A stretch of DNA of 64,000 bases from Obrimoposthia wandeli (lineage: Eukaryota), in the NCBI GenBank assembly GCA_977020255.1, contig CDROCS010000253.1:1612001-1676000 (forward strand), given 5' to 3'. The number at the start of each line of letters is the position of its first letter. Within the stretch, counting starts at the first letter, position 1. The position numbers were made by a program, and so were the translations under genes. This document shows positions 29,060-40,214 of this stretch, one piece after another. The notes beneath the pieces were generated by a model. That model was given only the letters and a program-made list of their open reading frames with translations, was not told where the DNA came from and did not search any database.

Positions 29060-32000
29060 TTATAAACTTTCTTCGTCGTGAAGACCATCGCCATCAGTGT
29101 CACTATAAACAACCATAATCAAGCCATTTTTTCTCTTTTCAATCGTTGCAGCAACTATTGCTGTTGGACCGACAAGTATTTTTCCAATTACTTGAGGGTA
29201 TTTCGCATCATCATCTAATTCATTTAGTACTAATACTACACCATCAGCATTATTCGCCGTTAAGCGACCTTCTACTTCAGTATTATAATGTGCAGTAAAT
29301 GAACGTTGGGTGACTGCACCGGGTAAGCGGTAACTCATACCAAGGTCAAAAGCACCGCCTTCAAGCGCTGTTCTGTCGCCTGAAAGTTGTAACTTCACTT
29401 GGTAGTCACCTAAGATAGCTTCTAATGTTAGCGCAGCATTGATATCAAGGAAGGTATTTTCGTCTTCTAATAAGCGATCAGAGTCAGTCTCAGTGTTCAT
29501 TGCATCAAACATGGTGGTGCTGTTAGCAATAATTGAGTCTAAGTCTTCGTCATTTAAAGTAACTTCTAGTCTGCCAATACCATCAACCCAGACATAAGGT
29601 GAGTTAGACTCATTAGCGATGATATCTTTGAACAGGTTAAGAGCATTATCGGCAGTTAACGGATTAAAAGGTACGTCATTAGCAAAGTTTGGCTCGTTCC
29701 AATGCACTTCATCATAAGAATTAAATATTTCATAAATACTATTATCAAAAACAATAACTTCATTAGCTTCATCAACTAATTTACCATTAGCATTAAAATG
29801 ATTGCCGTATCCATGTCTAGCGATGAATTGATCAGCATCACCATCACCATCATTGTCCTGAGGAGTGATAATGATTTGGTGGCTGCCGCTGTTAGGGTCA
29901 GTAGGATGTGCTGTATGTGACTCGGTTATGTTTAGCCTAACTTCATCAACATTTAAGCCAATATCTGTAGTGCTAGATACAATTGTTTTAGTGGCTGTAT
30001 GATGCTCCTCACCTGCTTCTAAATCGGTTGTAGCTATTTCTGCGGTAAAGTTACCATTACCTACTCCAGAAAAAGTAAACTTACGCGAAAGGCCATTTTC
30101 GATTGAATAGCTTACAGTATTAGCATCTTCACTTACTTTAACCGTTAATACATCTTTGATTAATGGTTGCGTTAAATAAGCCGTAGGATTTAATTCAGTA
30201 AATTCACCAGCAGCAATGTCAGTTAACTCTTCTTCGTTGAAAAAGACGGTTACCGTGCCAAGATCATCAACATTTACTCTGTATTTGTTATCCATTCGGT
30301 TAGTTAAACTTTGGGCGAACAACTGTGCACTATTGCTAACCGTGAGTGGATTAGCGACTAAGTGATTAGAGTTATTTTTCATAAACTCATCAATGCTAGG
30401 GTATTCACCTAAATTACTGGCGTTATCCCAAGAGAGTATGTCACCCTCACTGGTTAGTAAATTACCATTAACGTCCATTATACTATCGAAGGTAGTGCCG
30501 TAGCTGGTGCCTTTTATATTATTTGAAAGGTACAGTCTTTGAATATTATAAGCATCAGTTGTACCATTAGCATCATGATGTACAGGAGTTATGCGTATCG
30601 ATTTTGCACCATAACTATTCTCTTCATTACCTATTATATAAGCGCGAGTGTAGAAAACACCTTTCTCACTCAAGTCTGAATCGAAACGTTTGGTGATTAT
30701 TTTTCGCTCGATACCGGTACCCCAATAATGCTTTTCAGGAACATTAGCAACAGTCGAGTTAGTGGCTGTCCATTCGCCTAGTTGAGTACCAGGGGTAAAG
30801 ATACGAGTTTCTACCACTTGTTCTTCATCAACAGTTTTATCTGCTTCTGTGAGTACTACCGTATTAAGATCATCAGAGAAGGTGATATTAAGCACATCAG
30901 CAACTTCTTTGCCTATGTATTTAAACTCAGGTGCTTGATATTCAGCTAAATCATTAATGCTTACTGTTAATGTTGCTTTAATTAAGTCACCTTCAAGTGA
31001 GCTAAAGGCACCACTTAGGCTTAACATTTCAGGCAAAACAACTGTTTCTAATTTATTGCGACCATAGCTAATAACACTTTGTTGCTGTTGTTGATCCCAA
31101 TCCCAACGTTCATCAAGTCTTCGCTCTTTAACTGGTAGTAGTTTGGTTTTTACCATGCCTTCAAAAGTGATTGGGTTTAGTACTGCATCCGTTGCTTTTT
31201 GTGCTAATGATAAAGCCAGTTCTAACTCACCAGAGACGGCTTTACCTTCATAAGTATTATTTTCTAATGTATCTCGAGAAGCGGGTGTATCCAGATTAAC
31301 TTTAGCAAAACTATCTTCATTTAACGTGAATTTAGCGCCAGCGGATTCAAGTAAGCCATCAAAGGCGAGCGTGATACTTTTTTTATCTTCTGAAAATTCA
31401 GCTGAAGCGTTTAATTTAACTTTTTCACTACCTGAGATGGCGTCTACTTTGAAAAGAACTCCGCCAGTGGCTGTTTCTTCTTCAAAAGTAATAGTGCCGG
31501 TAGCGCCGTCTATATAGGTTGCAATGTTAATGCCTGCAGCTGCAGCCGCTTTAGTGATTGTGCCAGCATCGTACTGCAAGCTTAAATCGGCGAAAGCATT
31601 GCTAAGTTGAGCAAGCAATTCAAAACTGTCGGTTTCAGCCTCAACCATAGTTCCTGCGGCCTCTAACAAGGCTACATATTTATCGCCCTGGCTTTTAATA
31701 CCTTTACCTTCATCGGTAGTATCATCAAATAGGTGAGTGAATAATCGTACATCGTCAACCATTGCTTTCGCTTTGGCTACCGCATCTCCATCTGTTAGGA
31801 CATCAACAACGATTGTTGCACGGCCATCATCACTGATATTAGCTTCTTGATAAGCTTGCTCGTTTGTTAGCTTTAGTTGTTCTTTTGATAAATCAATCGC
31901 TGCAGTTAAACCTTCATCTGCGGTAATAGCTTCATCAGCTTTTTTCGCTGCTTCTCCTGCACCTTCAAGTACTTCAGCTAAGGCTAATTCAAAACCATCA

Positions 32001-32812
32001 TCATCGTCTTGAGTAACTAATAAAGCACCATCATTTGCAACTAAGTCAGCAGCAATTTCAGCAAATTTACTTGATAAGACACCAGTACCATCAGTTTCAC
32101 CTGAAAATAATGCTGACATGATTCCTGCATTGATTAAACCATATCTTAATTCTGCTTCATTATCTTCTGCTGCAACGGCGTTAGCATCATCTGTTACTGT
32201 CGGCTCCAATAGCGTTATATCGCCTTTAATACCAAAGGTACTGGCAATGAGTGCTGAATTGGTTGCCACAGAATCAGCGGTAATGCCGGTATCGCTCGCT
32301 TCAATTAATTTAGCTGCTAAGTGCGTTAACGCCGATACGTTTACTTTCACTTCACCATTACTAGTGCTATCAACTATTGAAATAGCTTCTAATTTGAAGT
32401 CAGGATCAATAGCCGTTAAATCAATTTTTTTGCCGAAGGCTATAGCGCCACAACCCGCAGGAGCATCACAACTCATTGTAGTTGGCTTAGTAGGATCTTT
32501 ACTTGGTGATAGTTCAATTTTAATTGGGCCATCATAATTTAATACAGTAAAAGTATAAATCCCATCTCCGTTGGTGCTAATATCAGCGTCTTTTAGCTCG
32601 GTGTCTGATAAAGGGGTAGGGCTACCATCAACAAATTTGTATACCGTTACTACAGCATTAGTTAATACCCCTTTAATCGCTTTACCATTAATTTTGATTT
32701 CAGTTACAACAGGTTGTGTTTTAGGCGTTGGTATTACTGTATCAGAGCTATCTGAACAGGCGCCAAGAGCGGAGGCTAGTGCTAATGCAATTAGGTGTTT
32801 ATTAAGGTTCAC
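29060..32812 (-). CDS. Large acidic lipoprotein (1250 aa) of unknown function
   Basis: Lipobox LGAC followed by a Ser/Asp/Pro/Thr linker; DxDxDG motifs; internal domain duplication. Confidence 0.8.
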   Translation of the reverse strand: MNLNKHLIALALASALGACSDSSDTVIPTPKTQPVVTEIKINGKAIKGVLTNAVVTVYKFVDGSPTPLSDTELKDADISTNGDGIYTFTVLNYDGPIKIELSPSKDPTKPTTMSCDAPAGCGAIAFGKKIDLTAIDPDFKLEAISIVDSTSNGEVKVNVSALTHLAAKLIEASDTGITADSVATNSALIASTFGIKGDITLLEPTVTDDANAVAAEDNEAELRYGLINAGIMSALFSGETDGTGVLSSKFAEIAADLVANDGALLVTQDDDDGFELALAEVLEGAGEAAKKADEAITADEGLTAAIDLSKEQLKLTNEQAYQEANISDDGRATIVVDVLTDGDAVAKAKAMVDDVRLFTHLFDDTTDEGKGIKSQGDKYVALLEAAGTMVEAETDSFELLAQLSNAFADLSLQYDAGTITKAAAAAGINIATYIDGATGTITFEEETATGGVLFKVDAISGSEKVKLNASAEFSEDKKSITLAFDGLLESAGAKFTLNEDSFAKVNLDTPASRDTLENNTYEGKAVSGELELALSLAQKATDAVLNPITFEGMVKTKLLPVKERRLDERWDWDQQQQQSVISYGRNKLETVVLPEMLSLSGAFSSLEGDLIKATLTVSINDLAEYQAPEFKYIGKEVADVLNITFSDDLNTVVLTEADKTVDEEQVVETRIFTPGTQLGEWTATNSTVANVPEKHYWGTGIERKIITKRFDSDLSEKGVFYTRAYIIGNEENSYGAKSIRITPVHHDANGTTDAYNIQRLYLSNNIKGTSYGTTFDSIMDVNGNLLTSEGDILSWDNASNLGEYPSIDEFMKNNSNHLVANPLTVSNSAQLFAQSLTNRMDNKYRVNVDDLGTVTVFFNEEELTDIAAGEFTELNPTAYLTQPLIKDVLTVKVSEDANTVSYSIENGLSRKFTFSGVGNGNFTAEIATTDLEAGEEHHTATKTIVSSTTDIGLNVDEVRLNITESHTAHPTDPNSGSHQIIITPQDNDGDGDADQFIARHGYGNHFNANGKLVDEANEVIVFDNSIYEIFNSYDEVHWNEPNFANDVPFNPLTADNALNLFKDIIANESNSPYVWVDGIGRLEVTLNDEDLDSIIANSTTMFDAMNTETDSDRLLEDENTFLDINAALTLEAILGDYQVKLQLSGDRTALEGGAFDLGMSYRLPGAVTQRSFTAHYNTEVEGRLTANNADGVVLVLNELDDDAKYPQVIGKILVGPTAIVAATIEKRKNGLIMVVYSDTDGDGLHDEESL

Positions 32813-33110
32813 AGAATATCCTTATTTAGGTAAATAGTTCTAGATCCTAGAGAATGAACAGGAAAAAAACTAGGCTTGAGGTGTAGACAAATCGCTCACA
32901 TAGTAATCTGTTACATTTGTTAATGCAATTTAATTCCTTTGATTTTTGGTATGTTTTTCGTCCAATGTTTATGTTTAATGTACATACCTGCTGGTTGGTT
33001 ATTGTAATTCGAATTAATAATTATGTTTTTCAGTTTACTATAGAGCGTTTATTTAACTACAATCGATGACGTTTTATCCAATCACGTTTTATTATGAAAA
33101 TAGGAGTCTT

Positions 33111-34340
33111 ATGAGACTTTTGAAAACGATTTTAATCTCATTATTGACAGCTAGTTTAAGTCCTGCAGCGTTGGCGTCAGTTGATAGTAATTTAGTTTAT
33201 AGTTATAAAACTGAGTTAACCATTGAAGAGCTACGCGTAGAAAAAGCGCAGCAAGTAATGCCCATGTTAAAAAGCTATTTTGACTGGTCTACATTTAAAG
33301 GAACTTGGTCAAAGGTTAGCGACTTTGCAATTGCTCAACGTGCTATGAACCAACTAGGGGATGAACTTTGGCAATACAGCAAGCAACAAGCGCAATTAGG
33401 CAAAGTAGTAGATGATAGACCTTTGTACTGGACCAGACTAGAGATTCATTCTTTTGTTAAATCAACGAAGCTTAATTTTACTCCTCGTGAGCTGGAAAGT
33501 TTATTAGAAGTCTTTGAAAAAAGCTCTCGTGGTTATAGTGATATGGGCTATGTAAAAAAGACCGATAAACGTATATTTCTAACAGGTTTTGATCCCTTTT
33601 TGCTTGATCGAAATTTAAAACAGTCGAACCCATCGGGTTTAGCCGCGCTATTACTTGATGGCACTTTTATTGAATATCAGACAGTCATTGCGGGTGTTCA
33701 AAAAACGATTACGGCGGAAATTAATACGGCAATGGTGCCTGTGCGTTATGCTGATTTTGATCAAGGAGAAATTGAAAGTTTACTTGCGCCTTTTTATGCC
33801 CTTAATAGTGTTGACCTGATTGCGACTATCTCAATGGGCCGTAGTGATTTCGATTTAGAGCATTTTCCGGGTTTGAGGCGTAGCGCAACAGCACCGGATA
33901 ACGTTAATGTCTATACGGGCGCTAATAAAACGAATCCCTTAGTACCCAGCTTACTTGCAGCACCACTAATCGGAGATGAATTCGTCCTGTTTAGCTTACC
34001 TTATCAAGCGATGATGAAAGTCAAAGGTAGCTATAAAGTTAATGATAATCGAGGCGTAACAATACTGGTATCAGGAAAAGCTGCATCAAGTAAAGCTAAA
34101 GATATTACCGTCAATAGCTTATCTGAGCTTACGGATAAGGTATCAGTACAAGGTGGTGGCGGTGGTTATCTATCGAATGAAATTTCTTACCGTAGTATTG
34201 TTTTGCGTAATAGGCTTGGCTCCACCATACCTACTGGGCATATTCACACCCCACGTATTAGTGGTTTTGACACTGAAACAAACAGAGCGATTATTGCGCA
34301 AATTGAAGCCATGTTAGTACAAGCATTAGCAGAAATATAA
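33111..34340 (+). CDS. Exported pyroglutamyl peptidase I (C15)-like protein
   Basis: FLTGFDPF, SNPSGLAAL, GGGYLSNEISY, GHIHTP; signal peptide; ATG at 33111 after AGGAG. Confidence 0.78.
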   Translation: MRLLKTILISLLTASLSPAALASVDSNLVYSYKTELTIEELRVEKAQQVMPMLKSYFDWSTFKGTWSKVSDFAIAQRAMNQLGDELWQYSKQQAQLGKVVDDRPLYWTRLEIHSFVKSTKLNFTPRELESLLEVFEKSSRGYSDMGYVKKTDKRIFLTGFDPFLLDRNLKQSNPSGLAALLLDGTFIEYQTVIAGVQKTITAEINTAMVPVRYADFDQGEIESLLAPFYALNSVDLIATISMGRSDFDLEHFPGLRRSATAPDNVNVYTGANKTNPLVPSLLAAPLIGDEFVLFSLPYQAMMKVKGSYKVNDNRGVTILVSGKAASSKAKDITVNSLSELTDKVSVQGGGGGYLSNEISYRSIVLRNRLGSTIPTGHIHTPRISGFDTETNRAIIAQIEAMLVQALAEI

Positions 34341-34353
34341 AGGAACAGTAGTT

Positions 34354-35094
34354 GTGTCTTTACATAAAGCGAGTCGAAAATATCATAAATGGTTGATGCT
34401 CTTTGTTGGACTGCAACTACTAATCTGGTCTATTACCGGGACTTATATGGTGCTAATGGATATTGATTACATTCATGGTGATACCTTAGTAGCCAAAAAG
34501 CAGCAAAGACTAAGCCCTGAACAAGTTGAATACTCTTTTAACGAGTTGTTGGTAGCATATCCTCAGGCGACAACAATAGAGCTGGGCTTGATGTTAAAAC
34601 AAGCGGTTTACCGCTTTAATGTTGATAAAAAGAAAGTACTTATTTCAGCGCTTGATGGTCAGCAACTATCGCCAATCAACGAGCAGTTAGCGATTTCCAT
34701 CGCTAAAGAGCTGTATAACGACAAAAGGGTAACCCTAGCGAAAGTTCAGTTGCTTACAGATAATCCCCCGAGAGAGTTAAGTAGTCGACACTTACCTGTA
34801 TGGCGAATCGATTTTGATGATTTTGCCAGCCCTAGCTTCTATATTAGTGCTGAAACAGGTCAATTAGTGACTAAGCGACATAGCTACTGGCGACTGTTTG
34901 ATTGGATGTTCGCTTTTCATGTCATGGATTACATCGATGAAGAGGCTGACAATAAGTTACTACTATTTTTTATTGTTATCGCTTTTATCGCTAGTATATT
35001 TGGCTTGGTATTAACTTGTTTTCGCCTTATTCCTCAGAAAAAAAATAGAGTTACTAATAATAAACTCAATGGGGTTGTAGATGAAAATACATAA
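34354..35094 (+). CDS. PepSY-associated TM domain membrane protein
   Basis: HKWLMLFVGLQLLIWSITG, PVWRIDFDD, RLFDWMFAFHVMDY. Confidence 0.8.
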   Translation: MSLHKASRKYHKWLMLFVGLQLLIWSITGTYMVLMDIDYIHGDTLVAKKQQRLSPEQVEYSFNELLVAYPQATTIELGLMLKQAVYRFNVDKKKVLISALDGQQLSPINEQLAISIAKELYNDKRVTLAKVQLLTDNPPRELSSRHLPVWRIDFDDFASPSFYISAETGQLVTKRHSYWRLFDWMFAFHVMDYIDEEADNKLLLFFIVIAFIASIFGLVLTCFRLIPQKKNRVTNNKLNGVVDENT

Positions 35095-35866
35095 TAGTCA
35101 AAAAAAGTTTTTTGTTAAGTCACCAATAGTTAAGCTATCAACGATTAAGTTATTACATAAATGGCTATCGCTTTTAGTTTTTATACAGTTGTTCATTTGG
35201 CTGGGTACAGGTTTGTTTTTTAATTTGATGGACCATAATAAAGCGCGTGGCAATCAGAACAAGCAAGTAATCGTTGCTCAAAAAATTGATAATCAGCGTT
35301 TACTCAATGTTAGCTCAGTCATCGCGAATAATAGCAGACCAGTGCGTGAAGTTGTTTTGGTACAGCGTTTAGGTCAGCCTTACTACTTATTAACACATGA
35401 AAAAGGTTTATATCGTCACTTTAAAAGCAATTACAGTCTGGTTGGTGCTTATACTGGAATAATGCTAGTTATTGATGAGAGCACTGCAGGTAAGTTAGCA
35501 CAAGCAAGTTATAAAGGACGAGGTGATATAAGTGGCGTAATTAAAATTGAGCCACCTATTGCTGATATGCTCAAAGAAAAAAATACCGTGTGGCAAGTTA
35601 ACTTTTCAGATGACTTAGAGACGAGTGTTTATTTAGATGCTAATTCTGGACGTTTGGTAGGGCACAGTAATGAAGATAAACGTTTTGTTGATTTATTCTT
35701 TATGCTTCACTTTATGGATTACCCTTTTCTAGGTAAAGGTACTGTCGGTGGTTTTAATAACGGCCAAATAGTTTTCTTTGCCTTATTAACATTAGTATTT
35801 TGTATAACTGGTTTTATTTGGATAATTGAATTACTAAGGAAGGGGCGCTACAAGCTTAACTTATAG
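35081..35866 (+). CDS. PepSY-associated TM domain membrane protein (paralog of the upstream gene)
   Basis: HKWLSLLVFIQLFIWLGTG, VWQVNFSD, RFVDLFFMLHFMDY. Confidence 0.8.
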   Translation: MKIHNSQKKFFVKSPIVKLSTIKLLHKWLSLLVFIQLFIWLGTGLFFNLMDHNKARGNQNKQVIVAQKIDNQRLLNVSSVIANNSRPVREVVLVQRLGQPYYLLTHEKGLYRHFKSNYSLVGAYTGIMLVIDESTAGKLAQASYKGRGDISGVIKIEPPIADMLKEKNTVWQVNFSDDLETSVYLDANSGRLVGHSNEDKRFVDLFFMLHFMDYPFLGKGTVGGFNNGQIVFFALLTLVFCITGFIWIIELLRKGRYKLNL

Positions 35867-35946
35867 TGGAGTACTGTTAGTTGAATATTTATTGGTTCTT
35901 AGTATTTTGATATCTTAAGCTATTAATATTCTTAAACTGCAGATAC

Positions 35947-35987
35947 AAAAAAACGAAGAACGAGTTAAACTCATGCTTCGTTTTTTT
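35947..35987. terminator. Bidirectional terminator (csp / PepSY pair)
   Basis: AAAAAAACGAAG...CTTCGTTTTTTT. Confidence 0.75.
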
Positions 35988-36008
35988 AGCTTAGCTTATA
36001 AGTTAAAC

Positions 36009-36218
36009 TTATACAGCTAGTACGTTTTCTGCTTCAGGGCCTTTTTGACCTTGTTTAACAGTAAAAGTAACTGCTTGACCGTCAGCTAGAGTACGGAAAC
36101 CGTCTCCAGAGATAGCGCTGAAGTGAACAAACACGTCAGGACCATTTTCTTGCTCTATAAAACCGAAACCTTTAGTTTCGTTGAAAAATTTAACTTTACC
36201 AGTAACTGAATCAGACAT
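36009..36218 (-). CDS. Cold-shock domain protein (CspA family)
   Basis: [15 protein letters not shown] (RNP1), DVFVHFSAI (RNP2). Confidence 0.97.
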   Translation of the reverse strand: MSDSVTGKVKFFNETKGFGFIEQENGPDVFVHFSAISGDGFRTLADGQAVTFTVKQGQKGPEAENVLAV

Positions 36219-36631
36219 ACTAACATTTTCCTGTAATCATAAAATAATATTGTGGCTCTATCCCAAAATAGGTAGAAACCGTTTTCACCCGAGTAAGTGC
36301 CCTCTACCAAAAAGTACAGGAAGAGGAAGGGACAAACCATATTCGACACAATCATTGCTTCAAACAATAGTTTGCATTGTCTAAATCTGCCTGTGTAGAA
36401 TAATCAATACACTATGTGCATCAGATAGAAAACTACAACAAAAGTCAGTATAAACCTTCATCTGCAACGCAAGAACTCAACGCGGAAGTAGTCTACCATA
36501 GTTGTTTTTAATTTGCTTTATAAAAGATGATATTAGTTCAAGTTTTTTTTGTTTAAATGGGAGTGACTATCAAAGCCAGTGTTAATAATCGAGTTAGCGG
36601 GGTTTTGAGGAGAGGGTAGGTGGTCGGCAAT

Positions 36632-36667
36632 AAAAAATGACGGCTCTTTTGGTTAGCCGTCATTTTT
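36632..36667 (-). terminator. Terminator after valS
   Basis: AAAAAATGACGGCT-N8-AGCCGTCATTTTT. Confidence 0.8.
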
Positions 36668-36690
36668 GGTTTTTAGCTGATTTCTTTAGC

Positions 36691-39549
36691 TTAGAGCGCC
36701 GCTATTTGATCTTTTTGCTCTTGCATTTTAGTTAATGTAGATTCAGCTTCGGCTAATTTAGCTTTTTCTTTATCAATAACCGCTACTGGTGCTTTACCAA
36801 CAAAGTTGTCATTGCCAAGCTTGCCACGTGTTCTCGCTGCATCTTTTTCAAGCTTGTCCATCGCTTTATCTAAACGAGCCAGTTCAGCTTCTTTATCAAT
36901 TAAACCTGCCATTGGGATAAGTACAGATAAATCGCCCACTACAGCTGATGCTGACGCAGGACCTTGCTCATTTTCGGCTAACACGGTAATGCTTTCAAGT
37001 TTTGCTAGTGAACTTAAGAATTGTTCATTTTCAGTTAAACGACGTTGATCGTTTTCATTCACATTCTTAAGTAATACTGGCAATTCTCTACTTGGCGATA
37101 TATCCATTTCACCACGGATATTTCGAATGGCAATGATAAATTGTTTAACCCACTCTAAGTCGTCGATGGCTTGCTGGTCACAATTGTTTTCATTAAATTG
37201 TGGGAAGGCTTGCACCATAATCGAATCACCATTTTTACTAAAATCACTTAATGGCTGAACACGCTGCCAAATGGTTTCAGTAATAAACGGCATGATAGGG
37301 TGCATTAAGCGTAACAAACTTTCTAAAACGTTTACTAAGGTATGACGAGTGCCACGTTGTTGCGCTTCATTACCCTTGAATAAAACAGGTTTAGTTAATT
37401 CTAAATACCAATCACAGAACTGGTTCCAGGTAAATTCATACAAAGCTTGTGAGGCAAGATCGAAACGATAAGTATCAAAGGCTTCATGAACCGTTTTTAC
37501 CGTTTGTTCGAATTGACCTATAATCCAACGATCCGCAAGCGATAATTCCATTTCGCCTCCGTCCTGACCGCAATCAAATTCTTCGGTATTCATCATCACA
37601 TAACGGCTAGCATTCCATAATTTATTGGTAAAATTACGGTAACCTTCAAGACGTTTCATGTCCCAGCTAATATCGCGACCGGTTGTCGCAACAGACGTTA
37701 AGGTAAAGCGTAAAGCATCAGTACCGTGAGCTTCAATACCATTTGGGTATTCTTTTTTGGTAAGCTTTTCAATTTTAGCGGCCAGCTTCGGCTGCATCAT
37801 ATTACCGGTACGTTTTTTTAATAAATCTTCAAGAGAAATACCATCAATCATATCTAATGGATCAACAACATTACCTTTTGACTTACTCATCTTATCGCCA
37901 TTTTCATCGCGAATAAGGCCGGTCATGTAGATTTTTTTAAAGGGTATTTGCGCTTTACCCTTTTCATCTTTGTTGAAATGCATCGTCATCATGATCATGC
38001 GAGCAACCCAGAAGAAAATGATGTCAAACCCTGTTACTAATACATCAGTAGGGTGGAAGGTTTTTAAATCTTCAGTCTCTTTTGGCCAGCCTAAGGTAGA
38101 GAAAGTCCATAAAGCGGATGAGAACCAAGTATCAAGTACATCATCATCTTGACGCAGCTTCATGTCGACGCTAATAGGGTTATTTGCACGTACTTCTTCT
38201 TCGGTGCGACCCACATACACTTTACCATTTTCGTCATACCAAGCAGGGATTCGATGTCCCCACCATAGTTGGCGTGAAATACACCAATCTTGAATGTTGT
38301 TCATCCAAGAAAAATACATGTTTTCATATTGCTTAGGTACAAATTCAATTTGACCGTCTTTAACAGCGTCAACGGCAGGACCTACAAGTTTTTCAACACG
38401 TACATACCATTGATCTGTAAGAAGCGGCTCAATGATTACGCCAGATCTATCACCGTAGGGTGCCACTAAATCATGGTCTTTTACTTCAACTAATAAACCT
38501 AATTGGTCAAATTTAGCGACGATAGCTTTACGGGCAACAAAGCGGTCCATACCAGCGAATTCGCTTGGTAACTCAGCATCGTATGCGTTACAGGCTTCAC
38601 CTTTGGTATCATAAATTTCAGCCGTGGCTAAGACCGCAGCGTCTTTATCAAAAATGTTGATTTGTGGTAACTGATGACGCTTACCTACTTCATTATCATT
38701 AAAGTCATGGCCTGGCGTGATTTTTACACACCCCGTGCCTTTTTCCATATCGGCATGATCATCGCCAACAATGGGAATTAAACGATTAACTAAGGGTAAT
38801 AAAACCTGTTTACCAATCAAATCTTTATAACGCGGATCTTTAGGGTTTACTGCAATACCTGTGTCACCCAACATAGTTTCAGGTCGTGTTGTGGCAACCA
38901 CTAAATAATCAAGACCTTCCGCTGTTTTCACACCGTCAGCTAATGGGTAGCGTAAGTGCCACATATGGCCTTTTTTGTCTTTATTTTCTACTTCTAAATC
39001 AGAAATAGCGGTATGGAATTTAGGATCCCAGTTAACTAAGCGTTTACCGCGGTAAATAAGGTCATCTTCAAATAAGCGTACAAACACTTCTTGTACTGCT
39101 TCAGACATACCGTCATCCATAGTAAAGCGTTCACGAGTCCAATCGATAGAGTTACCTAAGCGGCGCATTTGTTTGCCAATAGTGCCGCCAGACTCTTCTT
39201 TCCATTCCCAAATTTTATCGATAAAACCTTCACGGCCATAGTCATGGCGAGTTTTACCTTCTTCGGCAGCTATTTTACGTTCAACTACCATCTGTGTTGC
39301 TATACCGGCATGATCGCAACCTGTTTGCCATAAGGTATTTTTACCTTGCATACGTTGGTAACGAATAAGCGTATCCATGATGGTTTGCTGAAAAGCATGA
39401 CCCATATGTAGGCTACCAGTAACATTCGGTGGCGGAATAGCAATACTGTAACTGTCACCTTCGCCTGTTGGGCTAAAGTAACCTTGCTCTTCCCAGCTAG
39501 TATAAAGGGACTGTTCAATGTCGGTAGGGTTAAAGGTTTTTTCCATCAT
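36691..39549 (-). CDS. valS: Valyl-tRNA synthetase
   Basis: [19 protein letters not shown]-terminal coiled coil. Confidence 0.99.
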   Translation of the reverse strand: MMEKTFNPTDIEQSLYTSWEEQGYFSPTGEGDSYSIAIPPPNVTGSLHMGHAFQQTIMDTLIRYQRMQGKNTLWQTGCDHAGIATQMVVERKIAAEEGKTRHDYGREGFIDKIWEWKEESGGTIGKQMRRLGNSIDWTRERFTMDDGMSEAVQEVFVRLFEDDLIYRGKRLVNWDPKFHTAISDLEVENKDKKGHMWHLRYPLADGVKTAEGLDYLVVATTRPETMLGDTGIAVNPKDPRYKDLIGKQVLLPLVNRLIPIVGDDHADMEKGTGCVKITPGHDFNDNEVGKRHQLPQINIFDKDAAVLATAEIYDTKGEACNAYDAELPSEFAGMDRFVARKAIVAKFDQLGLLVEVKDHDLVAPYGDRSGVIIEPLLTDQWYVRVEKLVGPAVDAVKDGQIEFVPKQYENMYFSWMNNIQDWCISRQLWWGHRIPAWYDENGKVYVGRTEEEVRANNPISVDMKLRQDDDVLDTWFSSALWTFSTLGWPKETEDLKTFHPTDVLVTGFDIIFFWVARMIMMTMHFNKDEKGKAQIPFKKIYMTGLIRDENGDKMSKSKGNVVDPLDMIDGISLEDLLKKRTGNMMQPKLAAKIEKLTKKEYPNGIEAHGTDALRFTLTSVATTGRDISWDMKRLEGYRNFTNKLWNASRYVMMNTEEFDCGQDGGEMELSLADRWIIGQFEQTVKTVHEAFDTYRFDLASQALYEFTWNQFCDWYLELTKPVLFKGNEAQQRGTRHTLVNVLESLLRLMHPIMPFITETIWQRVQPLSDFSKNGDSIMVQAFPQFNENNCDQQAIDDLEWVKQFIIAIRNIRGEMDISPSRELPVLLKNVNENDQRRLTENEQFLSSLAKLESITVLAENEQGPASASAVVGDLSVLIPMAGLIDKEAELARLDKAMDKLEKDAARTRGKLGNDNFVGKAPVAVIDKEKAKLAEAESTLTKMQEQKDQIAAL

Positions 39550-39682
39550 TTTATCCGGTAATAGGTTTAATAGTTGTTTTGTTGCAGCACAGTAAAATGC
39601 ACCGTTTATTGAATTAGGTTTTTATTTCGCACTTTCTAATATTAGAATGTGTCTTTGTACTAGCTCTTACGTAAATAGGCCC

Positions 39683-40180
39683 TTAATTAGTGGCTTCTCC
39701 TGGTACAGAGGCAGACACGGTTACCGCTTGGTTATCAACTTGAAAGCCCCATTGACGGCAAGTTTTAAAGCGTTCTCTCGCTTGTTGTTTAAGTGTTTCA
39801 TCACTGGGTACAAAATCAACGATATATTGAAATTGATTGGCAAAGTTAGGCACTACACTGTTTAGATTAATAAGCACAGGACGACGTCCTTGAGGAGCTT
39901 GATAACCTATTTCGACCATAGCGCCTTGTTTTGGACCTTCACCAACGAGGTTATGTGGTACAAAACTATCGCTATCAAATGCCCAAAGCATTTCATCAAT
40001 TTGTTCAGCATGTTGCTGGTCTTGTGCATAAATATAAACACGCTGTTTTTGACGATAAAAATAGCTGGCTTGCAAACAAGCATGATAAATCGCAGAACGA
40101 GTATCTTCTTCTATCTCGTCTGTCCCTTCAACTTTAACCTCATCCTTAAGTAAATAAAACATTACTTGGGTTTGCATCAT
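39683..40180 (-). CDS. holC: DNA polymerase III chi subunit
   Basis: IDEMLW...SFVPH, ARERFK; lies between pepA and valS. Confidence 0.92.
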   Translation of the reverse strand: MMQTQVMFYLLKDEVKVEGTDEIEEDTRSAIYHACLQASYFYRQKQRVYIYAQDQQHAEQIDEMLWAFDSDSFVPHNLVGEGPKQGAMVEIGYQAPQGRRPVLINLNSVVPNFANQFQYIVDFVPSDETLKQQARERFKTCRQWGFQVDNQAVTVSASVPGEATN

Positions 40181-40214
40181 TTTTGCCTAATTAAGTTCGT
40201 CTAATTTAAGTATA

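Noticed and set aside
36155-36384. ORFs over the csp upstream region
   Set aside because: Overlap the csp gene and its presumed long 5' UTR; no coding signal
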